A stretch of 64,000 nucleotides of DNA from Nitrospirales bacterium (GTDB lineage: Bacteria; Nitrospirota; Nitrospiria; Nitrospirales; UBA8639): assembly GCA_963555755.3 (NCBI GenBank), contig OY820905.2, positions 4,384,001-4,448,000 of the forward strand. Direction: 5' to 3'. Under the pieces are notes generated by a model. The model saw only the letters and a program-made list of their open reading frames with translations, did no database searches and was not told where the DNA came from. Below, in pieces: positions 19,193 to 29,324 of the stretch (its first letter is position 1; each line of letters starts with the position of its first letter). The position numbers and the translations under genes are program-made.

Positions 19193-20128
19193 GTTACCCT
19201 CAACCTTTTGGGCAACTAATCGTGCCGTAAAGGCCGGCTGTTGTCCTCCTGTGTGGTCTTGGTGTTGGCCTTCTTCGTAATAGAGTACGCGCAAGCCGTG
19301 AGTCAATTGAAGAAGTTCATTGTGTTCTAAACAAAATTCTTTCCGGCGTGGATGCTGAAATCGGTAATGATTATCGATGAGAAATGTTTCGTAGATTAAC
19401 ATGCCGCCTGGCTTAAGAGCTTTGATGATGTTCGGAAAGATCGGGCGATATAAATAGTAGAAGACGAGCACCCCAGTAAATTCATTTTTTCCAAGTGAAG
19501 GTGGATTGGTCGAATCAAGTTCAAGATCGAGTTCCCGGATCGTGAGGTTAGGGAGACCCTCATCCTGCGCCGCTTTTGACAGGGTAGCCAGAGCTTCTGT
19601 GTTGCGATCAAGCCCGGCGACCTCATATCCGCCCTTTGCTAAATGCAGAGCGTGCCTCCCGGATCCACAAGCCAGGTCCAACACTCGGCCGTGAGGGATC
19701 TGTTGGCCATACTTCATTAAAAAGGGCGAAGGACCAGTTGAAGACGTTTCCCCAACCCTGGCTGCCGTTGGTCGATGATAGGTGAGGCGCACGCCGACGG
19801 ATCCGAGGACATAATCGAGGGGCGGCTTGGCTTTCCGCACCCAAATGCGAAGCGTTTCGATGGGAAACTCGGCTAAGAGAACACGACAAATCCGGTCCGC
19901 CAGCGTTTCGATCAGCGCACATTTTTCGGAACGTCCGATGTCAACGACCCGGCTAGCCACTTGAGCATAATCAATGGTTTTGGAGATTGTATCAGATTGA
20001 ATCGCGTCTTTTGCTGAACAGGCGAATTCGAGGTCAACCAACAGAGGCTGGGGTTTGGATCGTTCCTCCAGAGGAACCCCACAGCGGCCCTGAAAACTGA
20101 TTCCTTCAATGATCAATCCTTCGTCCAT
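19178..20128 (-). CDS. folB: dihydroneopterin aldolase fused to a class I SAM methyltransferase
   Basis: N-terminal GRCGVPLEER..QPLLVD, TIDY, LIETLA and KAKPP; C-terminal VLDLACGSGRH and LKPGG. Confidence 0.85.
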   Translation of the reverse strand: MDEGLIIEGISFQGRCGVPLEERSKPQPLLVDLEFACSAKDAIQSDTISKTIDYAQVASRVVDIGRSEKCALIETLADRICRVLLAEFPIETLRIWVRKAKPPLDYVLGSVGVRLTYHRPTAARVGETSSTGPSPFLMKYGQQIPHGRVLDLACGSGRHALHLAKGGYEVAGLDRNTEALATLSKAAQDEGLPNLTIRELDLELDSTNPPSLGKNEFTGVLVFYYLYRPIFPNIIKALKPGGMLIYETFLIDNHYRFQHPRRKEFCLEHNELLQLTHGLRVLYYEEGQHQDHTGGQQPAFTARLVAQKVEGNCSGG

Positions 20129-20261
20129 CGAGGTATTGTCGAAAAGCCAACTGGGCGTGTCAAGCCGGTGGCATGACACCTCGCCTTGCTTGACCTGCTT
20201 TTAGTGCGACTTCTATAATGTCATTCTGGTGAGAAAACCCTGGAAATTGAAGCGAATCCTT

Positions 20262-20792
20262 ATGGCTGATTTTACACATTTTAATGAGTCAGGTCGGGCA
20301 AGGATGGTCGATGTGTCGACCAAAGCCAATACTGAACGCGTGGCGGTGGCTCAAGCCCGCGTGTTCATGCAACCCGAGACCTTACGTCGTATCCAAGAGG
20401 GAAAAATTGCCAAGGGCGATGTTCTGGCTGTCGCCCAGGTGGCTGGGGTTATGGGGGCCAAGCGGACGCCCGATCTTATCCCGATGTGCCATCCCTTATT
20501 GGTAACCAGCGTGAACATTGATTTTCAGGAAAACCCCGAGTCTAACAGTTCCGGGCAATGTTCGCTGACGATTCAAGCTGCAGCAAAAACAACAGGACAA
20601 ACTGGGGTAGAGATGGAGGCGATGACCGCGGTCTCGGTGGCTGCCCTCACGGTCTATGATATGTGTAAAGCCGTGGATAAAGGCATGAGTTTTGGTGAGA
20701 TATTTTTAGTCTCCAAAGAAGGGGGAAAATCTGGCACCTATGTGCGTCCGGGGTCGGAAGTGTTTTCTCCAACCAATGGAGTGCAATCATGA
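20262..20792 (+). CDS. moaC: cyclic pyranopterin monophosphate synthase
   Basis: MVDVSTK, LIPMCHP, TGVEMEA and YDMCKAVD motifs. Confidence 0.96.
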   Translation: MADFTHFNESGRARMVDVSTKANTERVAVAQARVFMQPETLRRIQEGKIAKGDVLAVAQVAGVMGAKRTPDLIPMCHPLLVTSVNIDFQENPESNSSGQCSLTIQAAAKTTGQTGVEMEAMTAVSVAALTVYDMCKAVDKGMSFGEIFLVSKEGGKSGTYVRPGSEVFSPTNGVQS

Positions 20793-21511
20793 TCCTGACG
20801 GCTAAGCTCTTTGGCATGCTCAAGACGTTGTTGAAGCAGGAATCAGATTTGACCGTAGAGCTTCAAGATGGTGGCCAGGTGAATGATCTTATCGCCGAAG
20901 TGCAGAGAATCAATCCGGAGCTGGGTGATTTACTCCTCAAGAAAAAAGTGTTGGTGTCGGTCAACCATGAGATTGCCCATGGGGAAATTCTGTTGACAGC
21001 AACCGATGAAATTGCGCTGCTGCCGCCGTTTGCCGGTGGAGCTCATAGTAGGGAGAGCGAGCCCATGTCAATCGTTGAGGCCGAAGAAGCCATGCTGGTG
21101 CGTGTGCAACGCGAGAATTTCTCCATTGATGAGGAAATCCATCGAGTCAAAAATCGGTCCAAGCGGATTGGAGGCATTGCCACGTTTTTGGGAGCAGCCC
21201 GCGATCGTTCGCAAGGTCGAGACGTCAGCAGCATCACGTTTGAGCATTATGAAGGCATGGCGCAAAAAACGTTGCGGGACATTCGAGAACGGGCGCTTCA
21301 AGACTTTGACATCATCGAAGTGCTGATTCTTCATCGATTTGGTGAGATTGAAATTGGCGAAAATATCGTGTTGGTTGTCGTCGGCGCCGAGCATCGAGCC
21401 GATGCTTTTAAAGCCTGCAAGTGGTGTATTGATGAACTCAAACAAATTACCCCCATTTGGAAGCTTGAGAAGACGGTAGATGGTGAGGTATGGGTAGAAC
21501 AACATCCCTGA
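20789..21511 (+). CDS. MoaD-MoaE fusion (molybdopterin synthase)
   Basis: Ubiquitin-like domain ending LLPPFAGG, continuing in frame into MoaE (HRADAF, PIWKLE). Confidence 0.9.
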   Translation: MILTAKLFGMLKTLLKQESDLTVELQDGGQVNDLIAEVQRINPELGDLLLKKKVLVSVNHEIAHGEILLTATDEIALLPPFAGGAHSRESEPMSIVEAEEAMLVRVQRENFSIDEEIHRVKNRSKRIGGIATFLGAARDRSQGRDVSSITFEHYEGMAQKTLRDIRERALQDFDIIEVLILHRFGEIEIGENIVLVVVGAEHRADAFKACKWCIDELKQITPIWKLEKTVDGEVWVEQHP

Positions 21512-21513
21512 GG

Positions 21514-21635
21514 GGAGGCTGTTGAAAAAGTCCGCCAGCGGCGTTCTCGGTCCGTTGTTGTGCTCACGTACTGGTGTACGCTCCGCGCACCAACGGCCCT
21601 GCGGCCTTGCTGGACAGCCTTTTTGAACAGCCTCC
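21514..21635 (-). mobile_element. MITE family A
   Basis: Reverse-complement copy with TIR GGAGGCTGTT.AAAAAG. Confidence 0.85.
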
Positions 21636-21732
21636 TGTCCCCTTTACAGGGGAGCGTGTTGAGAATTTGTTGCCCAATGGAAAAATTCTTAATTTTGTAG
21701 AAACCCTTATGAACAACGTGACTGGACAGCCC

Positions 21733-22767
21733 ATGACTTCCGATTTGCTGGATACGTTTGATCGACCTTTGCGAAGTTTGCGGTTGTCGGTGACGGATCG
21801 GTGTAATCTCCGTTGCCAATATTGCATGCCGGAAGAAGAATATGCCTGGTTGCCGCGCAATACGCTCCTGACCTATGAAGAGATGAATGTCCTCGTGAGC
21901 ATCTTTACCGAATTTGGAGTTGATCGGGTTCGGTTAACCGGTGGAGAACCGTTACTCCGTCGTGATCTTTCAACCTTGATTCGGATGATTCGCCAGCACG
22001 CCGGTATTCAGGACATTGCTCTGACCACGAATGGCATTCTTTTGGAGGAACAGGGGCAGGAGTTGTTCGATGCCGGATTGCATCGGGTGACGGTGAGTCT
22101 CGATACTCTGAAGCCCGACCGGTTCAAAGCCTTAACACGCCGTGAGACGTTTGATCGTGTGCTCGCGGGAATTCAAAGTGTCGAAAAGGTCGGGTTCACC
22201 GGTCTCAAGATTGACACGGTCGCGATGAAGGGCTTTAACGACGATGAGCTCGCCGATCTTATTGAATATGGAAAATCCGTCAATGCTGAGGTGCGCTTTA
22301 TCGAATATATGGATGTGGGCGGGGCCAATGATTGGACGATGGAGAAAGTGTTTTCCCGTGCTGAAATCCTCTTGTTGCTGAGAAAAACCTATGGCCCAAT
22401 TGAGCCCGTACAGAGGAATAGCTCTGCGCCGGCTCAACAATTTCTTTTGCCGGATGGCACGACCTTTGGCATTATCCCTTCGACCACGGCACCGTTTTGT
22501 GCCACCTGTGATCGAAGTCGTCTTACCGCAGATGGTTTCTGGTATCTGTGTCTGTATGCCAAACAGGGAATTGATTTACGTGAGCCGCTTCGAATGAAAG
22601 ACCTCACAGAGGTCCGCAATCGGATTCGGTCGGGTTGGCAGACTCGAACGGATCGTGGAGCCGAAGAACGGAAACAACTTGAACAGTCTAGTATGCGTGG
22701 TCGTTTTATCGAAATTGAAAAACTCCGTCAAGATCCCCGCCTCGAAATGCATGCCCGTGGTGGATAG
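21733..22767 (+). CDS. moaA: GTP 3',8-cyclase
   Basis: CNLRCQYC, TGGEP, FCATCDRSRL and C-terminal GG; start 21733 or 21709. Confidence 0.95.
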   Translation: MTSDLLDTFDRPLRSLRLSVTDRCNLRCQYCMPEEEYAWLPRNTLLTYEEMNVLVSIFTEFGVDRVRLTGGEPLLRRDLSTLIRMIRQHAGIQDIALTTNGILLEEQGQELFDAGLHRVTVSLDTLKPDRFKALTRRETFDRVLAGIQSVEKVGFTGLKIDTVAMKGFNDDELADLIEYGKSVNAEVRFIEYMDVGGANDWTMEKVFSRAEILLLLRKTYGPIEPVQRNSSAPAQQFLLPDGTTFGIIPSTTAPFCATCDRSRLTADGFWYLCLYAKQGIDLREPLRMKDLTEVRNRIRSGWQTRTDRGAEERKQLEQSSMRGRFIEIEKLRQDPRLEMHARGG

Positions 22768-22847
22768 TACTCTTCACGTGTTCCCCGCCTCTTCATCCCG
22801 TACTTTCCTTTTCTCTATAGACCTCAAGTTTTGTCCAGAATACAAGG

Positions 22848-22980
22848 GGAAAATCCGCAATTCGAATATCGAAATACGAAACCATTCAAAGGTCCAATTA
22901 TCAAAAACGAATATTCCGTTTGAAACATTCATATTTTGAATTTCGGATGTGTTTCGAATTGCGATATTCGAGTTTCTCAT
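22848..22980. repeat. CGAAAT/ATTTCG-based inverted short-repeat element (family K)
   Basis: Related copies at ~48064-48141/49118-49183, ~61676-61815 and ~63305-63350/63820-63845. Confidence 0.7.
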
Positions 22981-23135
22981 TTCAACCTTGCCTCCTGCAG
23001 CCGTATGTTTTTCCTGCCAGTGGATCAGTGAAAGGATCACCGTTTTCTTGATGAAAGGTAGATGCTGTGGTACATTTCTTTTTTCGTAAACTGAGCTTTT
23101 TTGCTTAGTGGGGATTCCTAAAATGGTGAGACAAC

Positions 23136-23981
23136 ATGGGATGGTTTAAAAAGGCTCCAGCGAAAGATTCCGAAAAAGGGAAGTTGAATATTACCGAAGG
23201 CATGTGGTTGAAATGTCCATTTTGTCGGGGCATTGTGTATCGAAAGGAAGTGGATAGGAATCTGAAGCTGTGCCCAAAGTGCGAATATCATTTCCCCCTG
23301 TCGGTGACCGAACGGATTGAGATGCTGCTGGATCCAGAAAGTTTTCAAGAATGGGAGACCGATTTATCCCCGGCCGATCCACTGACTTTTGTGGATACAC
23401 AACCCTATGTTGACCGATTGACGGTGAATCAAGAGAAGACTGGCAGGAAGGATGGGATGGTCATTGGAGGAGGTTCGGTGCAGGGGAAACCTCTCGTGAT
23501 TGCCATATTTGATTTTCGGTTCATGGGTGGGAGCATGGGGTCGGTGGTGGGTGAGAAAATTTGGCGAGCCGTTGATCGTGCCTTGAAACTGAAGCACCCC
23601 TTTGTTCTGGTGGCAACTTCCGGGGGCGCTCGGATGCAAGAAGGCACGCTTTCCCTCATGCAAATGGCTAAGACCGCCGGGGCCGTCGCTCGTCTTCATG
23701 ATGCCAGGCTTCCTTTCCTGTCGCTGCTGGCCGATCCCACCTTTGGTGGCGTCACCGCGAGTATTGCCATGCTGGGGGATATCATCTTCGCTGAGCCAAA
23801 GGCCCTGATTGGTTTTGCAGGCCCTCGGGTGATTGAGCAGACGATCAAGCAACGATTACCAGAGGGATTCCAGCGTGCCGAGTTTTTGTTAGAGCATGGT
23901 ATGATCGACTCTATTGTCTCGCGGCCACGCCTTCGTGAGACCATTCATACTATTTTGACGCATCTGGTGGGCACACATTAG
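23136..23981 (+). CDS. accD: acetyl-CoA carboxylase carboxyltransferase beta subunit
   Basis: Zn finger, FMGGSMGSVVGEK, SGGARMQEG and GFAGPRVIEQT motifs. Confidence 0.97.
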   Translation: MGWFKKAPAKDSEKGKLNITEGMWLKCPFCRGIVYRKEVDRNLKLCPKCEYHFPLSVTERIEMLLDPESFQEWETDLSPADPLTFVDTQPYVDRLTVNQEKTGRKDGMVIGGGSVQGKPLVIAIFDFRFMGGSMGSVVGEKIWRAVDRALKLKHPFVLVATSGGARMQEGTLSLMQMAKTAGAVARLHDARLPFLSLLADPTFGGVTASIAMLGDIIFAEPKALIGFAGPRVIEQTIKQRLPEGFQRAEFLLEHGMIDSIVSRPRLRETIHTILTHLVGTH

Positions 23982-24000
23982 TTGTCCGCAAGTTGAAGAA

Positions 24001-24507
24001 GAGCTTGTCAGAAATTAGCGATCGTCAGATCCCTTCTGTCATTTCGACCCTTGGGAGAAATCTCTCTGTTAGGGTTGGAATGCCTTGGCAGGTGTGGCAG
24101 GAACGGGGAGATTTCTCTCAAGGGTCGAAATGACAAAAGGAGGGGACCTCAAGGTTGCAGGAGCCTGTCCGAGATTAGCGGTCGTCATCTGGGGCTGGTT
24201 ACTAAAGGGCACCTCTACAAACCAGGCATTTTTTGTGAGGGCAAGGAAGCCGCGCGCGGAAAACCGGAGTGTATGGGCGAATACATGAGGATGTGAGCAC
24301 GCGACTGACGCCGCCATCACGGAAAAGGACGGTTTTTAGAGGTGCCCTAAGGGCTCGCGCAAGAATAACTTCCCATGTTTGGGTGTTGAGGCACCTGTCT
24401 GGCAAGGCGCGAGGACTGCGCATACTCCTCGTATGGAAAGGACGAGCAACGCCGTCAGACGGGATGGATCGACGCCCAAACATGGGAAGTTATTCTTGCG
24501 CGAGCCC
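24001..24507. mobile_element. repeat cluster: E ends, I, G and F
   Basis: E left ends at 24001 and 24162; I 24037-24134; G 24207-24347; F 24351-24507 with TSD TAA. Confidence 0.85.
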
Positions 24508-24526
24508 TAAAGCCAAAAGGCCAAAC

Positions 24527-25828
24527 ATGTCAGGGTCGTACGAAGCGTGCCTCACCTACCTCTACGGACTTCAGAAACATGGCATCAAGCTTGGTCTCGA
24601 TACGATTCGAACATTGTTGGCTCAATGCCAGCATCCCGAGCGGCAATTCACGGCTTTGCATATAGGCGGGACGAATGGAAAGGGGTCCGCTGCGGCCATG
24701 ACCGCCGCCATTCTCAAAGCTGGGAATGTTCGGGTGGGGCTCTATACCTCTCCGCATTTGATCGATTTTCGGGAACGAATTCAAGTCCAAGGTGAACGGA
24801 TTCCAGAGTCTCGAGTTGTGGACCTTGTCGAACGCTTTCGGAAGTGTTCTGACGTGGCAGGCCCTCCAACGTTTTTTGAAACCGCGACGGCCATGGCCTT
24901 CCAATACTTTGCCGAAGAGCAGGTGGAGGTGGCGGTCATTGAGGTGGGGATGGGGGGGCGATTTGATGCTACCAATGTGTGCCATCCCAGTGGTGTGTTG
25001 GTGACCAATGTTTCGTTGGATCATGAGTACTATTTAGGCCATACCCTTGAGCTAATCGCCTTTGAAAAAGCTGGAATCATCAAGCCTGGTGTTCCTGTGG
25101 TGATGGGGCCAATGCCAGCAGAAGCCCATACCGTGATTCGGCAAGGAGCCCATGAGTGTGGTGCTCCTCTCCGTCAATATGGGTCGGAATTCACAATCGA
25201 TGTTCACGAGGACGGTCTGTTTGATTACCGAGGGCCCACTCACAATTTTTCAGACCTTCCCTGCGCCTTGAATGGTGCTCACCAACGTGTGAATGCGGCA
25301 TGTGCATTGGCTCTTCTTGAGCAAAGCGTGATGCCTCGTCGAGCGATTTCAAAGGAGGCTATTGTTCAGGGGTTGAGTTCTGTTTCTTGGGAAGGCCGAT
25401 TGGAGACCCTCATGAGCCATCCGCTCATGGTCTGCGATGGAGCGCATAATCCTGCTGCGGCAACCTGTTTGGCTCAACACTTGCGGATTATGATTCATGC
25501 TGTACCGGATCGGAAGTTGATTCTTATTGTTGCCCAGATGCGTGACAAAAATATCGAAGCCTTTCTGGCCGAACTCATTCCGTTAGCCGATGTCATAATT
25601 TGTACACAGATTGATCACTTACGATCAGCGACAGTTCAAGAGTTACAAGACCAACTACCGACCGGTGCTCCAACGGTTCATGGTGTCCCCATCCCGTCTG
25701 ATGCTCTCGCTTTGGCGACTCGACTCGCCGGCTCGCGTGATCTGATTTGCGTGACGGGATCGTTGTTTCTTGTTGGAGCCGTCAAGAGTGTGTTAGCTGG
25801 ATCAATCTATGCTCCTATTGTTGGATAA
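24527..25828 (+). CDS. folC: folylpolyglutamate synthase/dihydrofolate synthase
   Basis: GTNGKGS, YTSPHL, EVGMGGRFDATN and DGAHN motifs. Confidence 0.96.
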   Translation: MSGSYEACLTYLYGLQKHGIKLGLDTIRTLLAQCQHPERQFTALHIGGTNGKGSAAAMTAAILKAGNVRVGLYTSPHLIDFRERIQVQGERIPESRVVDLVERFRKCSDVAGPPTFFETATAMAFQYFAEEQVEVAVIEVGMGGRFDATNVCHPSGVLVTNVSLDHEYYLGHTLELIAFEKAGIIKPGVPVVMGPMPAEAHTVIRQGAHECGAPLRQYGSEFTIDVHEDGLFDYRGPTHNFSDLPCALNGAHQRVNAACALALLEQSVMPRRAISKEAIVQGLSSVSWEGRLETLMSHPLMVCDGAHNPAAATCLAQHLRIMIHAVPDRKLILIVAQMRDKNIEAFLAELIPLADVIICTQIDHLRSATVQELQDQLPTGAPTVHGVPIPSDALALATRLAGSRDLICVTGSLFLVGAVKSVLAGSIYAPIVG

Positions 25829-25864
25829 TCGACAGACGAAACCTCTTTGTTTTTTTTCACCTTA

Positions 25865-26044
25865 GGACCTGAGAGAAAATAACTTGGACAATATCGCGCC
25901 AAGATTTGGGTCAGATTTGGACGGAACGATTGAGAAAAACCCGAGGCATAACACAGCTATGTTGAGGGTTTTTCGATTGAGGCCCGTTCAAAGATGGCCC
26001 GAAGATTGGATGCGAGATTGTCCAAGTTATTTTCTCTCAGGTCC
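25865..26044 (+). mobile_element. MITE family C (180 bp) in the lptD 5' end
   Basis: TIR GGACCTGAGAGAAAATAACTTGGACAAT; TSD TTA. Confidence 0.9.
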
Positions 26045-28289
26045 TTACTGCTGGCCCGGAAGGATTTTCCTTCTTGTGAGTATGATATTGGGGGGAGGTT
26101 TCCCTTTTCAGGTATATGCCCAGCCTTCTTTTCCTGTCGCCGAACGTTCAAAAACAGCCTCCCGTCCCCCCTTAGAGGTGACAGCAGAGCAAGTCCAATT
26201 TGATCAGGTGACGGAAGTCTTTCAGGCCATCGGATCAGTTGTCGTCACCCAAGGCCCTCTTCGATTGACCGCCGACGAAGCTACCATTCACAAACTCTCT
26301 GGAGCCTTGACAGCTAAGGGAAGGGTGCATCTGAATGATCAACTTACCGAGGTATGGGCCGAGGAGTTGGAGATTAATGTCTATACCGAAGCCGGTATTA
26401 TGACGAATGGAAAAATCTTTCTAAAGGAAACCAATACCTGGATTCGTGGACGGTTATTGCAACGGTTCTCAGAAACCCATTATCGAGTGAAAGATGGCAC
26501 GTTTACCAATTGCGATGCTGCTGATGGACAAATTCCCGATTGGAGTTTTGCGTTTGCGGATGTGGATTTAGAGCAGGGTGATAGTATTTATGCCAAGAAT
26601 GTGTGGTTTCAAGTCAGGAATCAACGCCTGTTACCCTTGCCGGTCCTTCGATATCCCATGCCTGGGGCACGCAAAACAGGGTTTCTCCTTCCAACGGCCG
26701 GGTATGATAACGTCTTAGGGTTCCAATATCGACAGGGTTTTTTCTGGGCCATTTCTCCAAGTCAAGATATGTTGCTGACGCCTCAGATTCTATCTGACCG
26801 GGGCTTTGGGGGAAATGTGGCCTATCGATACATTCTCAACCGTCGCTCCAAGGGCAATTGGATGTTGAACTCACTCTATGATACGGAAGTGGATCGAGCC
26901 CGCGCGCAAATCACGGGCGCGCATGTCCAACAGGTGAACGAAGATTTATGGTTTCAAGCGCAGGTGAATTACGCCACTGACCGGTCGCTGTTGCAAGACC
27001 TATCCAGCTCCGGAATATTTCGCGCCCTGCCGAGTCAAGAATCGGTTCTCAATGTGACTCATCGCTTGCCAGGCGGAAGTGTCTATTTGAAGGCCCAATA
27101 TTTACAACCCTTGAACTCAGGCGGGCGTGGAACATTTCAACGCTTGCCTGAAATTGGCCATCTGTATACCAGCCCGGTTTTGGCCAGCGGGACTTTCATC
27201 GTGGGCATGAATTCCAATTTTGTTCATTTTTGGCGTGAGCAGGGTTTTCAGGTCAGCCGCCTTGATTTGATGCCTGGTATTTCCACGCAAGGGCTGCATC
27301 TTGGACATATTGTGGGACTTCGTCCGCAGATGAAATTGCGTGAAGTTATCTATTCGCATGGCCGAACGTCTACCCAGGATGATGCTCGTGATCGAGGCAC
27401 GTTCTGGTTGGGATTTGAGGCGATGACCAGCCTGTCTCGTCGTATTCCCCTGGGTCAGGGTCGTCGGCTTCGTCATACCATCGAACCTCGTCTCTTTTAC
27501 GAATTTGTGCCCAATACGACACAATCCGATTTAGTGCAAATTGACGCTGTGGACAATCTGCCCGAGAAAAATTTGGTAACCTATTCCTTGAGCACCCGTT
27601 TGAAAGGTGAGCGTTTGGGAGGCAAGTCCACCACCTTATTAGATCTCTTTTTTGCCCAAAGTTATCACTTGGGCAAGACACCGGGGGAAGCCAGTATCTT
27701 TTCAGATGTGTGGGGACGTGCTATCGTGGGCCTGCCAATGGACCGCTTGCCGCTGTTTTTGAATAAAGCCTCGGTCTCATTCGATACGTTTTTTGATCCG
27801 GGAGAGTCTGAATTCAGTCAATTCAACACTGATATCTTGTTGCAGGCCAGTCAAACAGCGTATATACAAGTCGGCTATCGGCATACCCGTGCCGGGACGG
27901 TGCCACGGCGAGGAGACATTTGGAATCCGCTTTCGTTTAACGAGGTCTTGGCTCCGCAATCGGAAATTGATTTTCTGACCCTGGGAGGGGCAATTCGTAC
28001 ACCATATGGATGGACCATCGGTTCAAAGGTGTATCATGACTTTGCCAAAGGGCAAACTCCGGAATGGGATGTGGTGGGATTGTACCAGAACCCTTGCCGG
28101 TGTTGGTCCTTAGGGTTGTATTACATTCGCTTGGGTGGAGGAGATGGACTGCCGGAACGAAACCAGTTTAATTTTGTCTTGACCCTTCGAGGCCTCGGAG
28201 CAACCCAAGGGAATGGCACGGCCATTCTCCAATCGATTTTGGGTCCCTTGCTTGAGAATGAGCCGGGGGTGCCTTGGTCTATTGAATAG
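26010..28289 (+). CDS. lptD: LPS-assembly protein LptD
   Basis: OstA-like N-domain, FTNC..PDWSF, RKTGFLLP, QRLPEI, HTIEPR and beta-barrel C-terminus; start uncertain because of the MITE. Confidence 0.88.
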   Translation: MRDCPSYFLSGPYCWPGRIFLLVSMILGGGFPFQVYAQPSFPVAERSKTASRPPLEVTAEQVQFDQVTEVFQAIGSVVVTQGPLRLTADEATIHKLSGALTAKGRVHLNDQLTEVWAEELEINVYTEAGIMTNGKIFLKETNTWIRGRLLQRFSETHYRVKDGTFTNCDAADGQIPDWSFAFADVDLEQGDSIYAKNVWFQVRNQRLLPLPVLRYPMPGARKTGFLLPTAGYDNVLGFQYRQGFFWAISPSQDMLLTPQILSDRGFGGNVAYRYILNRRSKGNWMLNSLYDTEVDRARAQITGAHVQQVNEDLWFQAQVNYATDRSLLQDLSSSGIFRALPSQESVLNVTHRLPGGSVYLKAQYLQPLNSGGRGTFQRLPEIGHLYTSPVLASGTFIVGMNSNFVHFWREQGFQVSRLDLMPGISTQGLHLGHIVGLRPQMKLREVIYSHGRTSTQDDARDRGTFWLGFEAMTSLSRRIPLGQGRRLRHTIEPRLFYEFVPNTTQSDLVQIDAVDNLPEKNLVTYSLSTRLKGERLGGKSTTLLDLFFAQSYHLGKTPGEASIFSDVWGRAIVGLPMDRLPLFLNKASVSFDTFFDPGESEFSQFNTDILLQASQTAYIQVGYRHTRAGTVPRRGDIWNPLSFNEVLAPQSEIDFLTLGGAIRTPYGWTIGSKVYHDFAKGQTPEWDVVGLYQNPCRCWSLGLYYIRLGGGDGLPERNQFNFVLTLRGLGATQGNGTAILQSILGPLLENEPGVPWSIE

Positions 28290-28295
28290 CACTAG

Positions 28296-28584
28296 GAGCC
28301 TGTCCGAGATTAGCGATCGTCACGAGGATGTGCTGGTTTGAGTCAGATATTTCGATCGTTTGAGGCGAATAGCTGGACTATTCAACGAAAACGGGGAAGG
28401 TTCAAAAAGGCCGTCCAGCAAGGCCGCAGGGCTTTTGGCGCGCGGAGCGTACATGGAGTACGTGAGCACGCCAAAAGCCTGAGAACGCAGCTGGCGGCCT
28501 TTTTCAACATTCCCCGAAAAGGATCGGAAAATCTGGCCAAATCCAACGCATCAGCAGTAGATCTGTCTAATCTTGGACAGGCTC
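28296..28584 (+). mobile_element. nested MITEs E[A]
   Basis: E TIR GAGCCTGTCC.AGATTAG; A 28392-28516 flanked by AAAA. Confidence 0.88.
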
Positions 28585-29087
28585 ATAGACAAAAATGGAT
28601 AAGGGACCGGGGGGTAAGCCAATCGGGTACCTTTGGGAATGCGGAAACGGAAATTGGCTGAAAGATTAAGGAAGGCTAATTGGACGATAGGGTATTTTGT
28701 GCTTGCGATGTGCCGGTGAGTCCAGGGTAGTCCAACCCAATGGGAGTGGCCGAGCAATGGGAGCTCCACCATTCAAGCATATCATTTAAAAATGGATCAT
28801 CTGGGCCAGAAGCTATCAAGTGGCCGTACAAATAGCCTGTTTTACTATCAAACAGAATAAACAGAGGTAATGATGGTTTTTCAGGAGGCATGGAGACTCT
28901 CCCTGCATGTCGCTTAGAGTGAGCGGAAAATGGTCAAGGTTGATTCTGAACATGCGAACCGCGTTTACTGTATATTGTTCGGATATCCTCACAAATTACT
29001 TGAGGGTCTAACCGCGAGCATGTGAATCAAACGGAAACAAGATTCAGCGAACGTGATGAGGGTGAGCACAAAAGAGAATATCAATTT

Positions 29088-29280
29088 TGGGACGGTTGAA
29101 TAATTGAAAAAGTTTTCCTATTCACATGTGACCCATCTTATGAAACGCCAAGAACAACAGGGATGTTCAAAAAGGTGTGCTCAGCAAGGCCGCAGGCCCT
29201 TTGATGCGCGGAGCGTACTCATAGTCCGTGAGCACGACAAAGGGCTGAGAACGCCGCTGACGCCCTTTTTCAACATTCCC
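29088..29280 (+). mobile_element. long-form MITE A
   Basis: GGGACGGTTGAATAATT leader plus A core. Confidence 0.8.
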
Positions 29281-29324
29281 TTGACGAGGGATTGATGGCT
29301 TCCAGGGAAGGAAGGAAACCTGAC

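Noticed and set aside
24269..24526. N-terminal extensions of FolC (also MoaA from 21574 and the regulator from 34628)
   Set aside because: They run through MITEs; conventional starts exist at 24527, 21733/21709 and 34718.
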